NCBI GenBank assembly: GCA_951406725.2
Contig: OX597824.1
Location: forward strand, 86,986,001 to 87,050,000
Reading direction: 5' to 3'
From: Octopus vulgaris
Taxonomy: Eukaryota
Length of the DNA stretch: 64,000 nt
Shown here: piece after piece, positions 12,326-26,305 of the stretch
Numbering within the stretch: the stretch's first letter is position 1
How the letters are laid out: each line of letters starts with the position of its first letter
Translations under genes and position numbers: made by a program
The notes under the pieces: generated by a model
Told to the model about the DNA's origin: nothing
Seen by the model: only the letters and a program-made list of their open reading frames with translations
The model's database searches: none

Positions 12326-14454
12326 TTACAGACCACAGAGTCAAAAGAGGAGCACTTTTAGGCGCTTATCGTAGCTGTTTTGTTTTTGCTAACAGCAGTT
12401 ATTGTCATTATCATTGTCAAAATTTGTGCACTTAATCCCTTCCCTTCGTCGCTTAACGACGTTATTGCAATAAACAATGAAAAGCAGTGATATTTTCAAA
12501 AAATAAGAAATGCATCCATATATTGTGGCATCTATGAATCACTACATGCTAAGCCATCTGCAGAACCATGTAGAGTAAACCAAACACACACACACACACA
12601 CTATCTGAAGAGATTATCTAAATCTGCATTTATTTGTAAAGAATGTATTTCAAGAATTTACATATTTTTACTTATTTAGTTATATATTTATTTACACAAC
12701 TATCTTTGAAATAATAAAAGTTAATATATAGAAAAATAATTTAAATCTAAATCATTCAAAATTGCTCATTCATCCTTTTTTTTCAGATTTGAATTTTATT
12801 CAACAATTCTGCATTATGGCTTGAAAGGAAGCAATTGAAAAAAAAAAACATAAAAAAAAAAACAAAAGTAAAACATTAATAAAGCAAAACTGATTTATAA
12901 ACAAATTAACCATAAGAGAAAAAAAAAAAAAAAAAATTGAACATGCATTTACTGATGATAAAAAGCTTTAATTTTAAATAAATAATTCTATTTATCTAAA
13001 TTTAAAAGACATGATGGTTTTTATTAAATACTCATTTAAAATACCTTATGATATAAATAAGAAGAAAAAAAAGTAAATGAAAAGAAGGCATTGGATGAAA
13101 AGCTTGGTTAAATGGGGACAGAACAGGAAATGGAGACAATGAGGAATTACAACAATACAATGGAAACACAACAGAGAAATCTGAACTAAAACCTCTCTCT
13201 TTAACACTGATTGTTATATAATTTTATTAAGTATAAATAATTTAAGTTGGGAAAATCTGATTAAGAAGCAGATGTTCCTTGCATTTGAGGCTGTATATTG
13301 ATTAAAGGATACACAGCAGAAGAGGCTTTTTTTTTCTTCTTTTCTTTCGAAAATTAAAACACTGACAACTGCTCCCCCTCCTTATCGTTAGCGATACTGT
13401 TTTTTAATGTATTGAATTTCAATAGCTAAATGAAATAATCAAGTAAGAACTTAGAGGAGAGCAGCATATGTATGACACGAAGCATACGTATGACATTGAT
13501 TTTGTTAGATAAAGAGAAAGCATAAGATAAAGCATTATTTTAGAGAAGCCGTGAACAAATAAACAAGGCTATTTTCGTGTCTTAAAGAGTAAATTATATG
13601 AAAATATTGAATATCTCCACATTTCACAGGGTACAAATACCAACCAGATTACTCCAAATTAAAAAAAACCATTACTGATGAGGTACTTTATTTTAGATTG
13701 TTTTGAAATTAATTTAAAAAGAAAGACAGTTTAAAGGAATATTTAAACAAGTGAAATTTAACAGCAGAAATGCCACAAAAGAGAGAGAGAGAATGAAGAA
13801 AGACAAATTGGCTAAAAGCAATGTATACAGACACATCTAAAATTGAAAGAAAAACAAAAAAGGCAAGTGCAGAGAGTGTGCACAGAATGGTAGTAGAGCC
13901 AAGCTAAGAGCCAATCCTGAAATTAAAAAAGGGATATAAATTTTTGATTCAAACTGATAAATGTATCGTCAATGCCAGAAATCCTACAGATCCAGGAGAG
14001 TAAATAGGAATTTCGAAGGCAGTATCTATATATCTAATATATAAAATACACACACATACACCTATATATATATATATAAATATATGACACAATGCACATA
14101 TGTATATATGTGTGTGTGTGTGTATATATTCACACACATATAGAGAATACACACACATACATACACCTATATATATATAAATATATGACACCATGCACAT
14201 ATGTATGTATGTGTGTATGTATATACATATATATATATAAACATACACACACAAGTGTATACATATATTCATACATACACACATATAGAGAATTGATGTG
14301 TAAACATCAAAAAATATATCCACAGTAATTATAAACAAACATACTTAAACACACATACACACACATATATATATTCATATATCTATCTAGACATACATGC
14401 ATACATATACACACACACACCTATACGTATACATATAACTTATGTTTTTGGCTG

Positions 14455-15055
14455 TTACTGACTCAGGCCATGCCTAGGGTGTTTGTCAAAATCAGGGCAC
14501 CAGTGATTTCTCAGGTGTCTCTTGGAGGAATTTGTCCAGGCACCGTTTGAAAATGTGATGAGGTGTTTCTCTTCTTTGATATCTTTCGGGATAACGTGGC
14601 ATAAAGAAGGACCTGTTGAGGTTAAAAAACCGTGGCACAATATCATGTGAGCTAGGCCTAACTGTAGGTAAACTTGGTACCGACATCCTTTGGATAGTGT
14701 TGATAGAACGCTAATCCACATTATACAAATCATGTAGTGCTTGCAGAGACACTGGAGAGAAGGGAGTTTGGGGCTTTTTGGGCTTAATCCCAATAATTAA
14801 GGCCTGTCACGCCATTCTAGCTTTTGCGTGGTTAATCTCTGGAGTGCTTCAATTCTCATAATGTTTTGTTTTGTGTAGGGAGACCACAGTGGACAGCAAT
14901 ATTCAACCAAAGTAAGACCTGGCAAGTGTAGAGAAGAGAAGAATGATGGTGTTAATACTCTCTGGACGGGGAAGTTATGGACCCAGCAGGTCTACGTGTG
15001 CACTCTAGTTTAGGTTGTGGTCAGCATTTACCTCAAAGTCATCGATATTATTTTA
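14455..15055 (-). mobile_element. Decayed CR1-like LINE 3' fragment
   Basis: STGPSL..VIPKDIKEEK / FKRCLDKFLQETP in shifted frames. Confidence 0.7.
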
Positions 15056-18000
15056 ATGCTATGAGGAGAGAATAAGATGCTTAAGTGTATTATCTCTCTT
15101 AAAATGGATCAGCTCAAATTTTCTCTCAATTAGCAGCAGGTTGTTATATGTATACACACACACACAAACAAATACACATACACACATTATACAATCAATT
15201 GTATATGTACATAAATCTACACACACATCTAAGCATAAACGTACATACACCTGTATAAATATATGAAAACATATATACATGTATGTATACAAACATGCAT
15301 ACACACTCACACATGGGTACGTAGACACACACATATACGCATATACACATAATCTCACACACGCATGTATGTGTGAGAGTATTTATATATTGTTTCTCAA
15401 AATGAGTATTGTTAATTGCCGACAATTATCTACAAGCATAAATGTTCTTTTAAAACCAGAAACAATAACATAGACAAATTATAAATGTATTTTGTGTGAG
15501 ACATTTATAATAATGTCAATACTAGATAATAATAATAATAATAATAACAACCACAAATATTCTCTTTCACAGAGCTGTCTCAACAGATTTAAACTTAACT
15601 CAGAAATAACTCTATTTTCTTCATCAATGACTGAATGGCTGGATCAAGGACAAGTTTATGAAAACCAGTAGAGATAACAATCCGGGTAATAATCTAAATT
15701 TGCAGAACCGTTCAACACACAGGAATGAAATGAAATCAGGTGGCTATTGAATGCCAAAGCAATTTTGTGAAGAGCTTTTTTCAAAGAAGTATATTTTAAC
15801 AAAAGAATAATTAATCATTTTATAAATCCATAATAATTAGACATATGAACTAAGTTTTTAACTTCAACTAATATAAATATAAATGACATAACATTAGTAC
15901 TTCATAGTCAGGTAATGATAATTATTTGTGACTATCATAACTTGAGCTGCCTGTAGGATCTCTGACATTTGTATGAAACTTCAAGCATTCATCAAAAATT
16001 TATCATCATTATTTCAGTAAATGTTAAAAATCTGCAGATTCTGGAAATAAGCTACAAAATTCACAAGTCTATACCAACTGTTAATAGACAATGCAAGAAT
16101 AACAACAGCAAAAGAGAAAGAACTGAGCTTTATCAAAAGTGTTTCAGGGGGTTTTCAAATTTGGAAATGAATGCTGAGCTAGTAGCACTAATCATAGCAT
16201 TGACATTCCACCCATAACCAAGGAGCAACAAAATAGCAAGTAATATCTAGAGTCTATTTTCTTAGCTATGGCCATACTGGATCTCTTGTTCTGTATGTGT
16301 GTCACTCTTTTTATATCTACACACAGGTATTTATATATATATATATACACCCATGAATCCGTTTTAGTGGCTGGTGTAGCTAATATCTAACACCCTGTTT
16401 TTTTGATTGAATATGTTTCCACTAAAATTTCAGATTTGAAAATTCGTGTCGAAATTCTCTCAAATCTGGAAAAATAGACCCAAGAAGTGAATAGGAGTAG
16501 AATGAAAGACTGAAAAAAGTAAAGTAGAGCTTTCAAAAGAGAAAATAAATCAACAAAGAGAGAGAATGAGGTTAGTTTAGATATGCTGCCGTAAGAGAGA
16601 GAGAGTCTTAGACTGAATACCACTTCTGCTGTAGCAGCAGAGTTATGTTGCTGTGACAACTGCTATGAACAGCGGTGGGGGTGGCGGAACACTGTTATAC
16701 AACAACTACAGTGATACTAGGAGTGGGGGCTGCTCCTCTTTATTCAGCTATCTGCAGTAGACCAGCTTAAGAATAAAAAAAAACAAAAAAAAAAAACAAG
16801 GGCCGAGAGAGGCACTCGTTATTATATACTCTTTCTTTGTGGTGGTGAATTTTATGTAATAAGGGGGGATTCTCGTTGAGAGATGGACTGGTGGGGGGGG
16901 GGGAGGAGGAAATGACTAGTTTTCGTTCTAGCTGCACTTCTGTTTGATTAATTAATTAATCTAAAGGAAACATCTCATTAAAAATCCGGACATAACGTGA
17001 TTCGATCTCATTAAGTTTCTTGTTTTAAGCTCAGCTCTTATCATTATCATTATTATTATTAGTTTTTTTTTTCTTCTTTTTAAGCGTTCAAAAAAACTTC
17101 TCATGTGTCAGGTTGCCTACAGTGACTAAGTATCCAGTTACCCACTGATATACTAAATTCACTTGAGTAATAATAATGCTTCAGTTTTGCCCTACTATCT
17201 ATCTCCTCACTTCTAGACCGGCAGCAGGCGGTGATAAAATGGGGGGGTTTTCTAGTCGTTGTTACATCATAGTACACGAACAACACCAACCACATCGAGT
17301 AACATTACTAAATGTAACTGATATAGAAAAGTTACAAATAATAATAATAACAACAACAACAATAATGATAATAATAAAGTTGTGATAATTTTTCCCCTCT
17401 GGTGGTTATTAATTTAATAAGAGCAGTGAGAGCTGTGCATCTTAATTCAGTAAATAATTTATCAAAACGCCCTCCTGTCAGAGAGGAAGGCTATACTATA
17501 CATGTATACATATGCAAGTACATACTATGTATGCTTACATGTATGTATGTATGTGTGTATATAATGTCAGAGTATGATGGCAGTTGTCAGTTGCGTGGTT
17601 TTCTTTATGCACAAGTCACAATTAACTGCTATTACAACACATCAACTTGACAAGAAGTTAAAAACCCTTAGAATCGCGTGGCCTAGATTCTTATAATTAG
17701 TCTTATTTCAAAGTTTGTTTTTTTCTTCTTTCTTGTTAAATAAGGTGGCTGGAGACGGACATGGACTTGAAGTGTCTAGAGATTTTGTCAATTGCTAAAT
17801 ATATATATTTACTGTAAAAGATAATTTTATATATGAGGAGAGAGAAACATTTTTTTCTCTCTTTCTTAACAGCAGCACTCGAATAAGTAATTAGAGGTGG
17901 GGGAAGAAAAAAAACTGAAAGTCAAGTGACAACGGACACATGGCAAGGCAAATAAATAATAAGCTGGCTTTCAGGAAGAAAATCTGACGAACGATCCAAA

Positions 18001-18735
18001 ATAAAACAAAATCGATACCGTGTATAAACAAGAGTGACAGATATGAAAGTGAGAGTAGAGAAAATGTCGTTAATATATAGAACAAAGAAGTTTGTAGAGA
18101 GACAGGATGAGATCAGGTTAAATATAGGAGAAAATAAGATCAGCCTTAGAAGAGAGAGAGAGTAAAAATAGAAATTAAGGGAAAACAAGGAGCCCCAAGA
18201 AGAAGAAGAACAACAGAAGAATATACTAATTCAAGTTGGAGGAATTTATAAATAATGATTTTATTCTACCATAGAGTACAAAGCCGTTTTTCTTTGTAAC
18301 GAAGCTGACGCTTTTCTTTCATCCTGCCACAAACCCAGTTTAATAATAACAAGAAAGTAGGAGAAATTGAGAAATATCTTGGTGTAGATAGTAAGAGAGG
18401 TGGCCTTATTTTGGAAACAAGATAACGGTTTAAAATGGAATCAATGATTGCTGTAGCCAGAGAGGAATCACAAGAGGAATTTCATAAAGAGAAGCTAAAA
18501 AGTAAGTGAGGGACATAGTTAAATTATCCTTGCATCAGGATGTATGAAAAGTAGCAAGGAAGAAGGAAAAAAGAAGAGAGATTCTGTTACTATTGTCATT
18601 CTATGGTAATTTATTAAAAAGAAATAAAGAAGATTGTTCTAAATGCTTAAAAATCTGAGAAAGGAAAAGATAATGATGGGAGTTTTATTTAAAGCGATTC
18701 CAATTAGTTGAGAAGAGAAAGGACGATGCACTTAC

Positions 18736-18883
18736 CATTGCTATCGATGGTTTTTCAAAAATGAGATGAAGAACGCAAGTCGGAACCGTGTGTATGTGTG
18801 TATGTATATGTGTGTATATAATACAAGCGTGAGTGTGTATATATGTGTGTGTATATACGCTAGCCTACTAACGACTGCACTGA
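18736..18883 (-). other. Putative alternative first exon (5'UTR plus ATG) of a short LIM isoform
   Basis: Ends GCAATG|gtaagt (perfect donor right after ATG, phase 0, matching the LIM exon). Inr-like TTCAGTG at about 18884-18878; GA-rich and CAG-rich, TE-free region upstream. Confidence 0.6.
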
Positions 18884-19589
18884 ATAATGTCCAATGGACC
18901 GCTGGCCGCCGAGTTGCCTCGCTGTCTACATATGCTAGAGAGAGGGAGGGAGGAAGCGAGAGAAACAGATAGATAGAGAGAGAGAAGAAAAGATAGATAG
19001 AGAGAGTGAGTGAGTGAGAGGAAGGAGTGGAATGCTATTTAGAAGCTCTCAGCCGAACAGCAACCAGCAGCAGCAGCCGTGGTGGTTCTGGCAACAGCTC
19101 TAGTAGTCTCAGTGGCTGCGGCAGCAGCAGCAATATCAGGGAGTGGTGCCGATTCTTAGTGGAAAGATGACAGAGCGATGAAGAAGAAGAAGGAGAGAGT
19201 CAACTTTCTTGTGCTTTAAACTGAAGGAAACCTGGTCAAAGCATGATAACTCGTCACCATGGCGATTTGTATATCTGCTCCTATTTCTATTGTTAATTTT
19301 CGAAATTAACGTCAGTTTTTTTTTTTTTTAAAAATATATTCCATTGTTTTTAAACACAGAAGACATTTCTACCCCTATTTTTTTTTAAAATTTTGATTTT
19401 TCTTTTATTATTATTTATTACTATCATTATCATCATCTTCATAGCTGATAAGGTGTTTTGACAAATTAGTTCTCAATGACTAAACTTTAGATATGAGCTA
19501 TCCTTTTACTGTACAGAGGGAGGACAGAGAAGAAGATATGGGCTGAACTGACAATTTGAGAAGGGAACATTGTTTATATATATATATAT

Positions 19590-19780
19590 CTTTAAAATAA
19601 TATGTGACAATTATTCAATAGCCAAGATAAAACTCTGAGTTTCGGATGCCGAGGTGGAAATCCACAACACCATCTCTTCAGTTATCTGTAATTGTCACAT
19701 ATCATATTTACAGATAAATGTCCTCTATTTACATAATATTGAGGTCTCTTTCTTTCTTTTGTTATCTTACCGTTTTTACC
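19590..19780. mobile_element. Penelope-like remnant, same family as 43297-43740
   Basis: Shares gataaaactc.gagtttcggatgccgaggtggaaatccac and cctctatttacataatat.gaggtctctttc; flanked by (TA)n. Confidence 0.6.
19625..19687 (-). ncRNA. Hammerhead-like motif with extended stem II
   Basis: Minus strand: AGATAA-CTGAAGA-GATG..GTGGA[TT]TCCAC..CATC-C-GAAA-CTCAGAG-TT-TTATCT. Same family as both arms of 43297-43686. Confidence 0.5.
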
Positions 19781-20734
19781 AATATATATATATATATATA
19801 TATAAAATTTAAAAAATAGGATAAAATCTTAATAAGAAATCTTAATAAGAAATTATCAGGTAGTTAGCGTGAAAAACCTCATAAGAGAAAAAATCTGTAA
19901 ATTTTTTCACTTGAAAATATTTATTTATATTATATAGAGGGCATTATTACACATAATGCGTGTGGCATTTATGTGTAATAATGCCCTCTAGAATATAATA
20001 TATATATATAAAAGAGAAATGAACAGAATGGAGAGAACTATTAGTTTTTACACTCAATACTGACAATTCAAATTCTATATTTTCTATATCATCTCTATTA
20101 AGAAATTCAGCGGATGTATTTTAAACCGGCAAAACCGATCCTCTTGTGACAAAAGGCGAAGTTTTATAGAACCAATATGGAAATGACACACGAGCCTAAA
20201 ATGTTAAAAAATGTTAATAGCAAAACTATTTAGGATTGTCAATATTTCTCTAATAAATCTGATTGTCAAGGCAACAGTTTGTTGTGTAACATTTGATGCT
20301 AATTAAACCAGTAAAATATAGTTGATGTTACATAGCAGTGGCTTTTTATCTTACAAACTGATAATTTTGGAATATGTTCCGATCAAATTTCATAAATATA
20401 ACGAATACAATAATTATGAAAACAGACTCGAGTTACTTGCATATTCTAAATTTGCTATGCTATTAAAAAAAAAAATTAAAAAAACAAAAAAAAACCAAAA
20501 CAAAATGTTTCCTCAAAAACAAAAACGTTTTTTGATGAAGCTCGTTGCATAGAGTTTAATTAGGTTAGAATTATTGTGCCTATTAATGAGCTTGTTGACA
20601 CCGTGTACTTCACGTTTTATGTTTAGTTTTTATGGTGAATGAATTTGCATTTATTTCCTGTCGAATTTGAAATCGATATCTTCTCCATTGAAGTGAAAGA
20701 TCAAATTAACATTGAAAAAATAACACATACATAC

Positions 20735-20765
<31 letters not shown>

Positions 20766-21189
20766 TGAGATAAAATAAATTTTCAAAAATTCCAATATTA
20801 TCAGCTGAACACATTGATTTGTTTCTTCGTTAATATGGCATAAAATTCAATGTACTTATTTTCAGATTGGAACAGTTCATGTATGAAACAGAATCTGGTT
20901 TAGAAGAAAACTAGACTTGTACAAATTGCTGACTTTACATAAGACACCAAATTCTTTCAGGGTTGATAGATTAAGTCATCGGTCAAGCACAGGTGGTCGA
21001 TGTAATTGGCTAATACCCACTTGCCCTGCCCCAGAATTTCAGACCTTGTGTCTGAAGCAGAAAGGACTAATCCAAAATACTAACTGGGATAAATATAGAA
21101 AAAAAATGAAAATTACACATGATTTTTGGATTATTAAGGTTTCCTCACTCTTTGATGTAAAGGCTATGGAACTGTGTTCCATCCATGCT

Positions 21190-21481
21190 GGCCGGCCTTG
21201 CGAGTGGATTTGGTAGACGGAAACTGAAAGAAGCCCGTCATGTATATGTATATATATATATATATGTGTGTTTGTGTGTCTGTGTTTGTCCCCACAACAT
21301 CGCCTGACAACCGATGCTGGCGTGTTTACGTCCCCGTAACTTAGCCGTTCGGCGAAAGAGACCGATAGAATAAGTACTAAGCTTACAAAGAATAAGTCCT
21401 GGGGTCGGTTTGCTCGACTAAAAGGCGGTGCTCCAGCATGGCCACAGTCAAATGACTGAAACAAGTAAAAGAGTAAAGAGT
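21190..21481 (+). mobile_element. SINE family A, 5'-truncated
   Basis: Body and tail match family A. Confidence 0.85.
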
Positions 21482-21837
21482 ATTGCTTAGTCCTTATGTC
21501 TTTTTGATAAATAACTCACTGAAAACTTAGTAAAATGATTTCAAAACTGATCGACTAAAGAAGAGAAATTAAACAAATATTTTCAATGAAATACACAGGC
21601 TATAGAGTTGTATCCAATTTTTACTCAGCCACCATCAACTAATTGGAGTTTTCGATGTTTATACCAGAGATATTTAATTCTCTCAATTAGAACATGACAT
21701 GGATTTAATTATGAGACTGGAGTGAAAATGGCCAGTTGCAATATTCTTGCCTTTCTCAAGGGTATTGGTAAATGATTCTATGACTCAGTTGTATTTGTTC
21801 ACTGAAAATGTCATCTGCTACTCATACAAGTTAAATA

Positions 21838-21880
<43 letters not shown>

Positions 21881-22010
21881 GATCCTATGTAAAACACTTT
21901 CAATAGAGTAAGAATGAGATTATCATAACAAACTACAGTACACACCCAAGGCACACAGAACTGTGCTCAGTAGTACAGTGAAAGCACATGATAAAGATAA
22001 GACTACTGAA

Positions 22011-22041
<31 letters not shown>

Positions 22042-22341
22042 GGTTTCAAATTTTGGCACAAGGCCAGCAATTTCGGAGGAAGGGATAAGTTGATTACATC
22101 GACCCCGCCGCAGTGCTTGACTGGTACTTAATTTATCGACCCTGACAGGATGAAAGACAAAGTCAACTTCGGTGGAATTTGAACTCAGAACGTAAAGGCA
22201 GACAAAATACTGGTAAGCATTTCGCCTGGAGTGTAAATGATTCTGCTAGCTCACTGCCTTTAATAATAATAATAATAATAATAATAATGATAATAATAAT
22301 AATGATAATAATAATAATGATAATAATAATAATGATAATAA

Positions 22342-22716
22342 TCTCTCTATATATAAACGGCAGTTTGTCTGTGTGCGTGTCTGTGTGTCTGTCAGGTTGT
22401 ACCCTCACCCTGACCACGGCTTTCAACCGATTCTGATGAAACTTGACACACACATAGCCCAATGTCATAATTCAAAACTAACGCAGCGAAAATTTTGAAA
22501 AGTTCCCCCAGTTCTGAAAAAAATCGATAAATTCGACATGGGGTCGAGAATCAGAAACACAAACCACAGACTGTCTAGGGGACGCAACTCGACCTTTTTA
22601 ACTCTCAAAAAAAAAATTTACCATAATTTTTTCCCCATCTTTTGGCTATAACTCTCTAAAAATGCTTTATAGTTATTTCCCTTACAAACCCGAGCAACGC
22701 CGGGCGATACTGCTAG
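22342..22716 (+). mobile_element. Non-autonomous Helitron
   Basis: A|TC...CCCGAGCAACGCCGGGCGATACTGCTAG|T. Confidence 0.82.
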
Positions 22717-22917
22717 TAATATAATAATCCTTTCTACTAATAGGTACAAGGCCTGAATTTTGTGGGGGTATAGTCAACCTTGGTGGAATTTGAACTCAGA
22801 TGTAGCGGCAAATGAAATACCTATTTCTTAACTACCCACAAGGAGCTAAACACAGAGGGGACAAACAAGGACAGAGAAACGGATCAGGCGTGTAAACAAT
22901 TCTGCTAGATTACTGCC

Positions 22918-22957
<40 letters not shown>

Positions 22958-23180
22958 TAATAATATAATAATCCTTTCTACTAATAGGTACAAGGCCTGA
23001 ATTTTGTGAGGGGGGGGGGTATAGTCAACCTCGGTGGAATTTGAACTCAGATGTAGCGGCAAATGAAATACCTATTTCTTAACTACCCACAAGGAGCTAA
23101 ACACAGAGGGGACAAACAAGGACAGAGAAACGGATCAGGCGTGTAAACAATTCTGCTAGATTGCTGCCTTAATAATAATG

Positions 23181-23233
<53 letters not shown>

Positions 23234-24514
23234 GGCGAAGTTGACCCCAGTGCAATTTGAAAACAGGATGTAAAAAGCCACAAGAAATGCTGTAAGGTAT
23301 TGTTATGATGACAATAATAATAATAATAATAATAATAATGATGATAATAATATCCTTTCTACAATAGGCACAAGGCCTGAAATTTGGTGAGTGACAGGGT
23401 TAGTTGATTACATCGACTCCAGTGCATAACTGGTACCTATTTCACTTGACCCCAAAAGGGATGGAAAGCTACGTTGACCATAGCAGAATTTGAATCAGTG
23501 TAAAAAAACAGAGGAATAATATTAATAACAAGAGCACTCAGAGAGTTCAAACCTCTGTCAAGGCAACACCAATGTCCTCTTTGCCAGAGAGGATTTTTAA
23601 AATGAGAATATCTGAAATGAACCCCCGACAGCTCTCGAAAATTAAGTAAAAAAAAAACAGGAAAAATTATCCAGAATCCTTGTTTGGTACTGGATCGATC
23701 CCTAAATCTAATCAGTTCGTGCCTGTCACGAGGCCAAACATCCCTGGAAGTTTCATCCGAATCCATCCAGTGGTTCTTGAGATATCTTGTCCACAGACAA
23801 CGAGACAACTATGACTGAAAACAATAGCTCTACCTTTGCTAAGGTGAAGGTAATAATTTTTTTTATTTAATAATAATAATAACAATTATAATAATAATAA
23901 TCTCCATTCAACCTATTGCCTAATACAATACATTTCACTATAAAAAGGAAAAACAAAACAAAACAAAAAGTCTAAGCTTTTATTCGCAGGTTTACCTAAC
24001 AAAAGACTCCTTTTTAGTTTTGTAAGTAAATCTCAGAAAACACAGTTTACGAGGTTATCTATACAAATTTGTTATGTATAAACACGCATAATAGTTGGAG
24101 TCAGGTAACTTAGTAGCTTTGCTATATTTCTCGCTTCACAATAGGAAATAGGTTACTAGACAACAATATAAGTAAAAGGGAAGAAAGTATTTATTTTATT
24201 GATAATAATACAAAACTGTTGGAATTGCAACCAGATATAACAATCAGCTGTATCCTTTAAACTTCCAACAACTAAATCTGTTATAAGATACTCAGTGGTT
24301 GTTTGATTTGCTAAAAATAGCAGTCAATGCTTTCGGGGGCCCACACACTATGCCATTATAAGAAACGGAAGTATTGGGAAGGGCACTGTGTAGAGAAATG
24401 TCCTGGTTTAAATGTCTTTGCTTACGTATCTTTTGTTACCTGGGCCGACTTGAGGTTGAATAAACAAAAAGAGAACTAAAATGTACTTTTAATATAATTA
24501 AAAAAAAACTGATA

Positions 24515-25075
24515 GGCGCAGGAGTGGCTGTGTGGTAAGTAGCTTGCTTGCCAACCACATGGTTCCGGGTTCAGTCCTACTGCGTGGAACCTTTGGCAAG
24601 TGTCTTCTGCTATAGCTGCAGGCTGACCAAAGCCTTGTGAGTGGATTTGGAAACTGTAAAGAAGCCCATTATATATATTTATATAGGCGCAGGAGTGGCT
24701 GTGTGGTAAGTAGCTTGCTTACCAACCACATGTTCAGTCCTACTGCGTGGAACCTTGGGCACATGTCTTCTACTGTAGCCTCAGGCCAACCAAAGCCTTG
24801 TGAGTGGATTTGGTAGACAGAAACAGAAAGAAGCCCCTCATATATATGTATATATATATGTGTGTGTCTGTGTTTGTCCCCCAACATCGCTTGACAACCG
24901 ATGCTGGTGTGTTTGCGTCCCCGAAACTTAGCGGTTCGGCAAAAGAGACCGATAGAATAAGTACTAGGCTTACAAAGAATGAGCCCTGGGGTTGATTTCT
25001 TCGATAAAAAAAACCCCCTTTATGCGGTGCTCCAGCATGGCCACAGTCAAAAATGACTGAAATAAGTAAAAGAAT
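24515..25075 (+). mobile_element. Two adjacent SINE family A copies (partial 24515-24670; full 24686-25075)
   Basis: Two ggcgcaggagtggctgtgtggtaag heads. Confidence 0.85.
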
Positions 25076-25729
25076 ACACACACACACTTACATGTGTGTG
25101 TGTGGGTATGTGTGTGTGTGTGTTTGTCTCCCTCCAGTCCACTGCTTGGCAACCATTGCTGGTTTGTTTATGTCCCCATAACGTAGCAGTTTGGCGAAAG
25201 AGACCATCAAAATAAATACCAGACTTAAGACCAAGTACTGGAGGTTGAGGATGGTGTTCAATCTGCTTAAATAATTCCTTCAAGGCATTGCCCCAGTTTG
25301 GCCACAATCTAGAATGACAGAAACGAGCAAAAAAAAAAAAAAAAAACAAAACAAAAAACCCAACGAAAAACCAACAAAAGACAACATAGGTCATGTTAGT
25401 CTTTTAGTTCTGTGTTTATCAGTTGTCACCTGTCACTAAAATCCTAATTCTATTGTGTTATGAGAAAATAATAAACCCAAATTAATTTTCAAAACGTCAC
25501 TGCTTTATTAACACGACAACGTTACACCACTCGTTTAATTTTATCTAAGTATAACGAACATATGAGTTGTTTATTAGTCAAATGATAAGAGTAACGACTG
25601 ACCAAATATTAATTAAAAATTTTCGTCTGAGCCTCTTAATTGTGACCTGAAATAAAAACAACGTTACACCACTCGTTTAATTTTATCTAAGTATAACGAA
25701 CATATGCCCTTCTTTGCTTCATAAATAGT

Positions 25730-26305
25730 GGAGGCACATGGCCTAGTGGTTAGAGCAGCGGACTCGCGGTCGAGGGATCGTGGGTTAGAATCTCAGACCG
25801 GGTGATGTGTGTGTGTTTGTGAGCGAAACACCTAAGCTCCACGCGGCTCCGGCAGAAGGTAATGGCAAACTTCTGCTGACTCTTTCACCACAGTTTTCTC
25901 TCACTCTTTCCTCCTGCATCTTGCAGCTCACCTGCGATGGACCCGCGTCCTATCCAGGTGGGGAACCGGGAAACTGGCTCTTAAGAACCAGACGTGGCTT
26001 GAGAAGGAACAACATGGCCTAGTGGTTAGAGCAGCGGACTTGCGGTCGAGGGATTGTGGGTTCGAATCTCAGACCGGGTGATGTGTGTGTGTTTGTGAGC
26101 GAAACACCTAAGCTCCACGTGGCTCCGGCAGAAGGTAATGGCAAACTTCTGCTGACTCTTTCACCACAGTTTTCTCTCACTCTTTCCTCCTGCATCTTGC
26201 AGCTCACCTGCGATGGACCGGCGTCCCGTCCAGGTGGGGAACCTATACGCCAAGGTAACTGGGAGACTGGCCCTTATGAGCCAGGCGTGGCTCGAGAAGG
26301 AACAA
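25730..26305 (+). mobile_element. Tandem dimer of tRNA-derived SINE family D (V-domain-like cctgcgatggac.ggcgtcccgtccagg)
   Basis: A box TGGCCTAGTGG and B box GGTTCGAATCT, twice. Older relatives at about 730-940, 52150-52370 and 53806-54060. Confidence 0.85.

Noticed and set aside
18404-18415. CArG box (and a MEF2-like site near 19035)
   Set aside because: CC(A/T)7GG is off-consensus and the MEF2 match is imperfect; expected by chance in AT-rich DNA.
19050-19170. CAG/AGC-rich poly-Ser/Gln coding segment
   Set aside because: Short, with no splice or start context; more likely low-complexity promoter-proximal sequence.
25730-25802. tRNA gene
   Set aside because: A and B boxes are present but it runs into a SINE body, is multi-copy, and has no proper acceptor stem.
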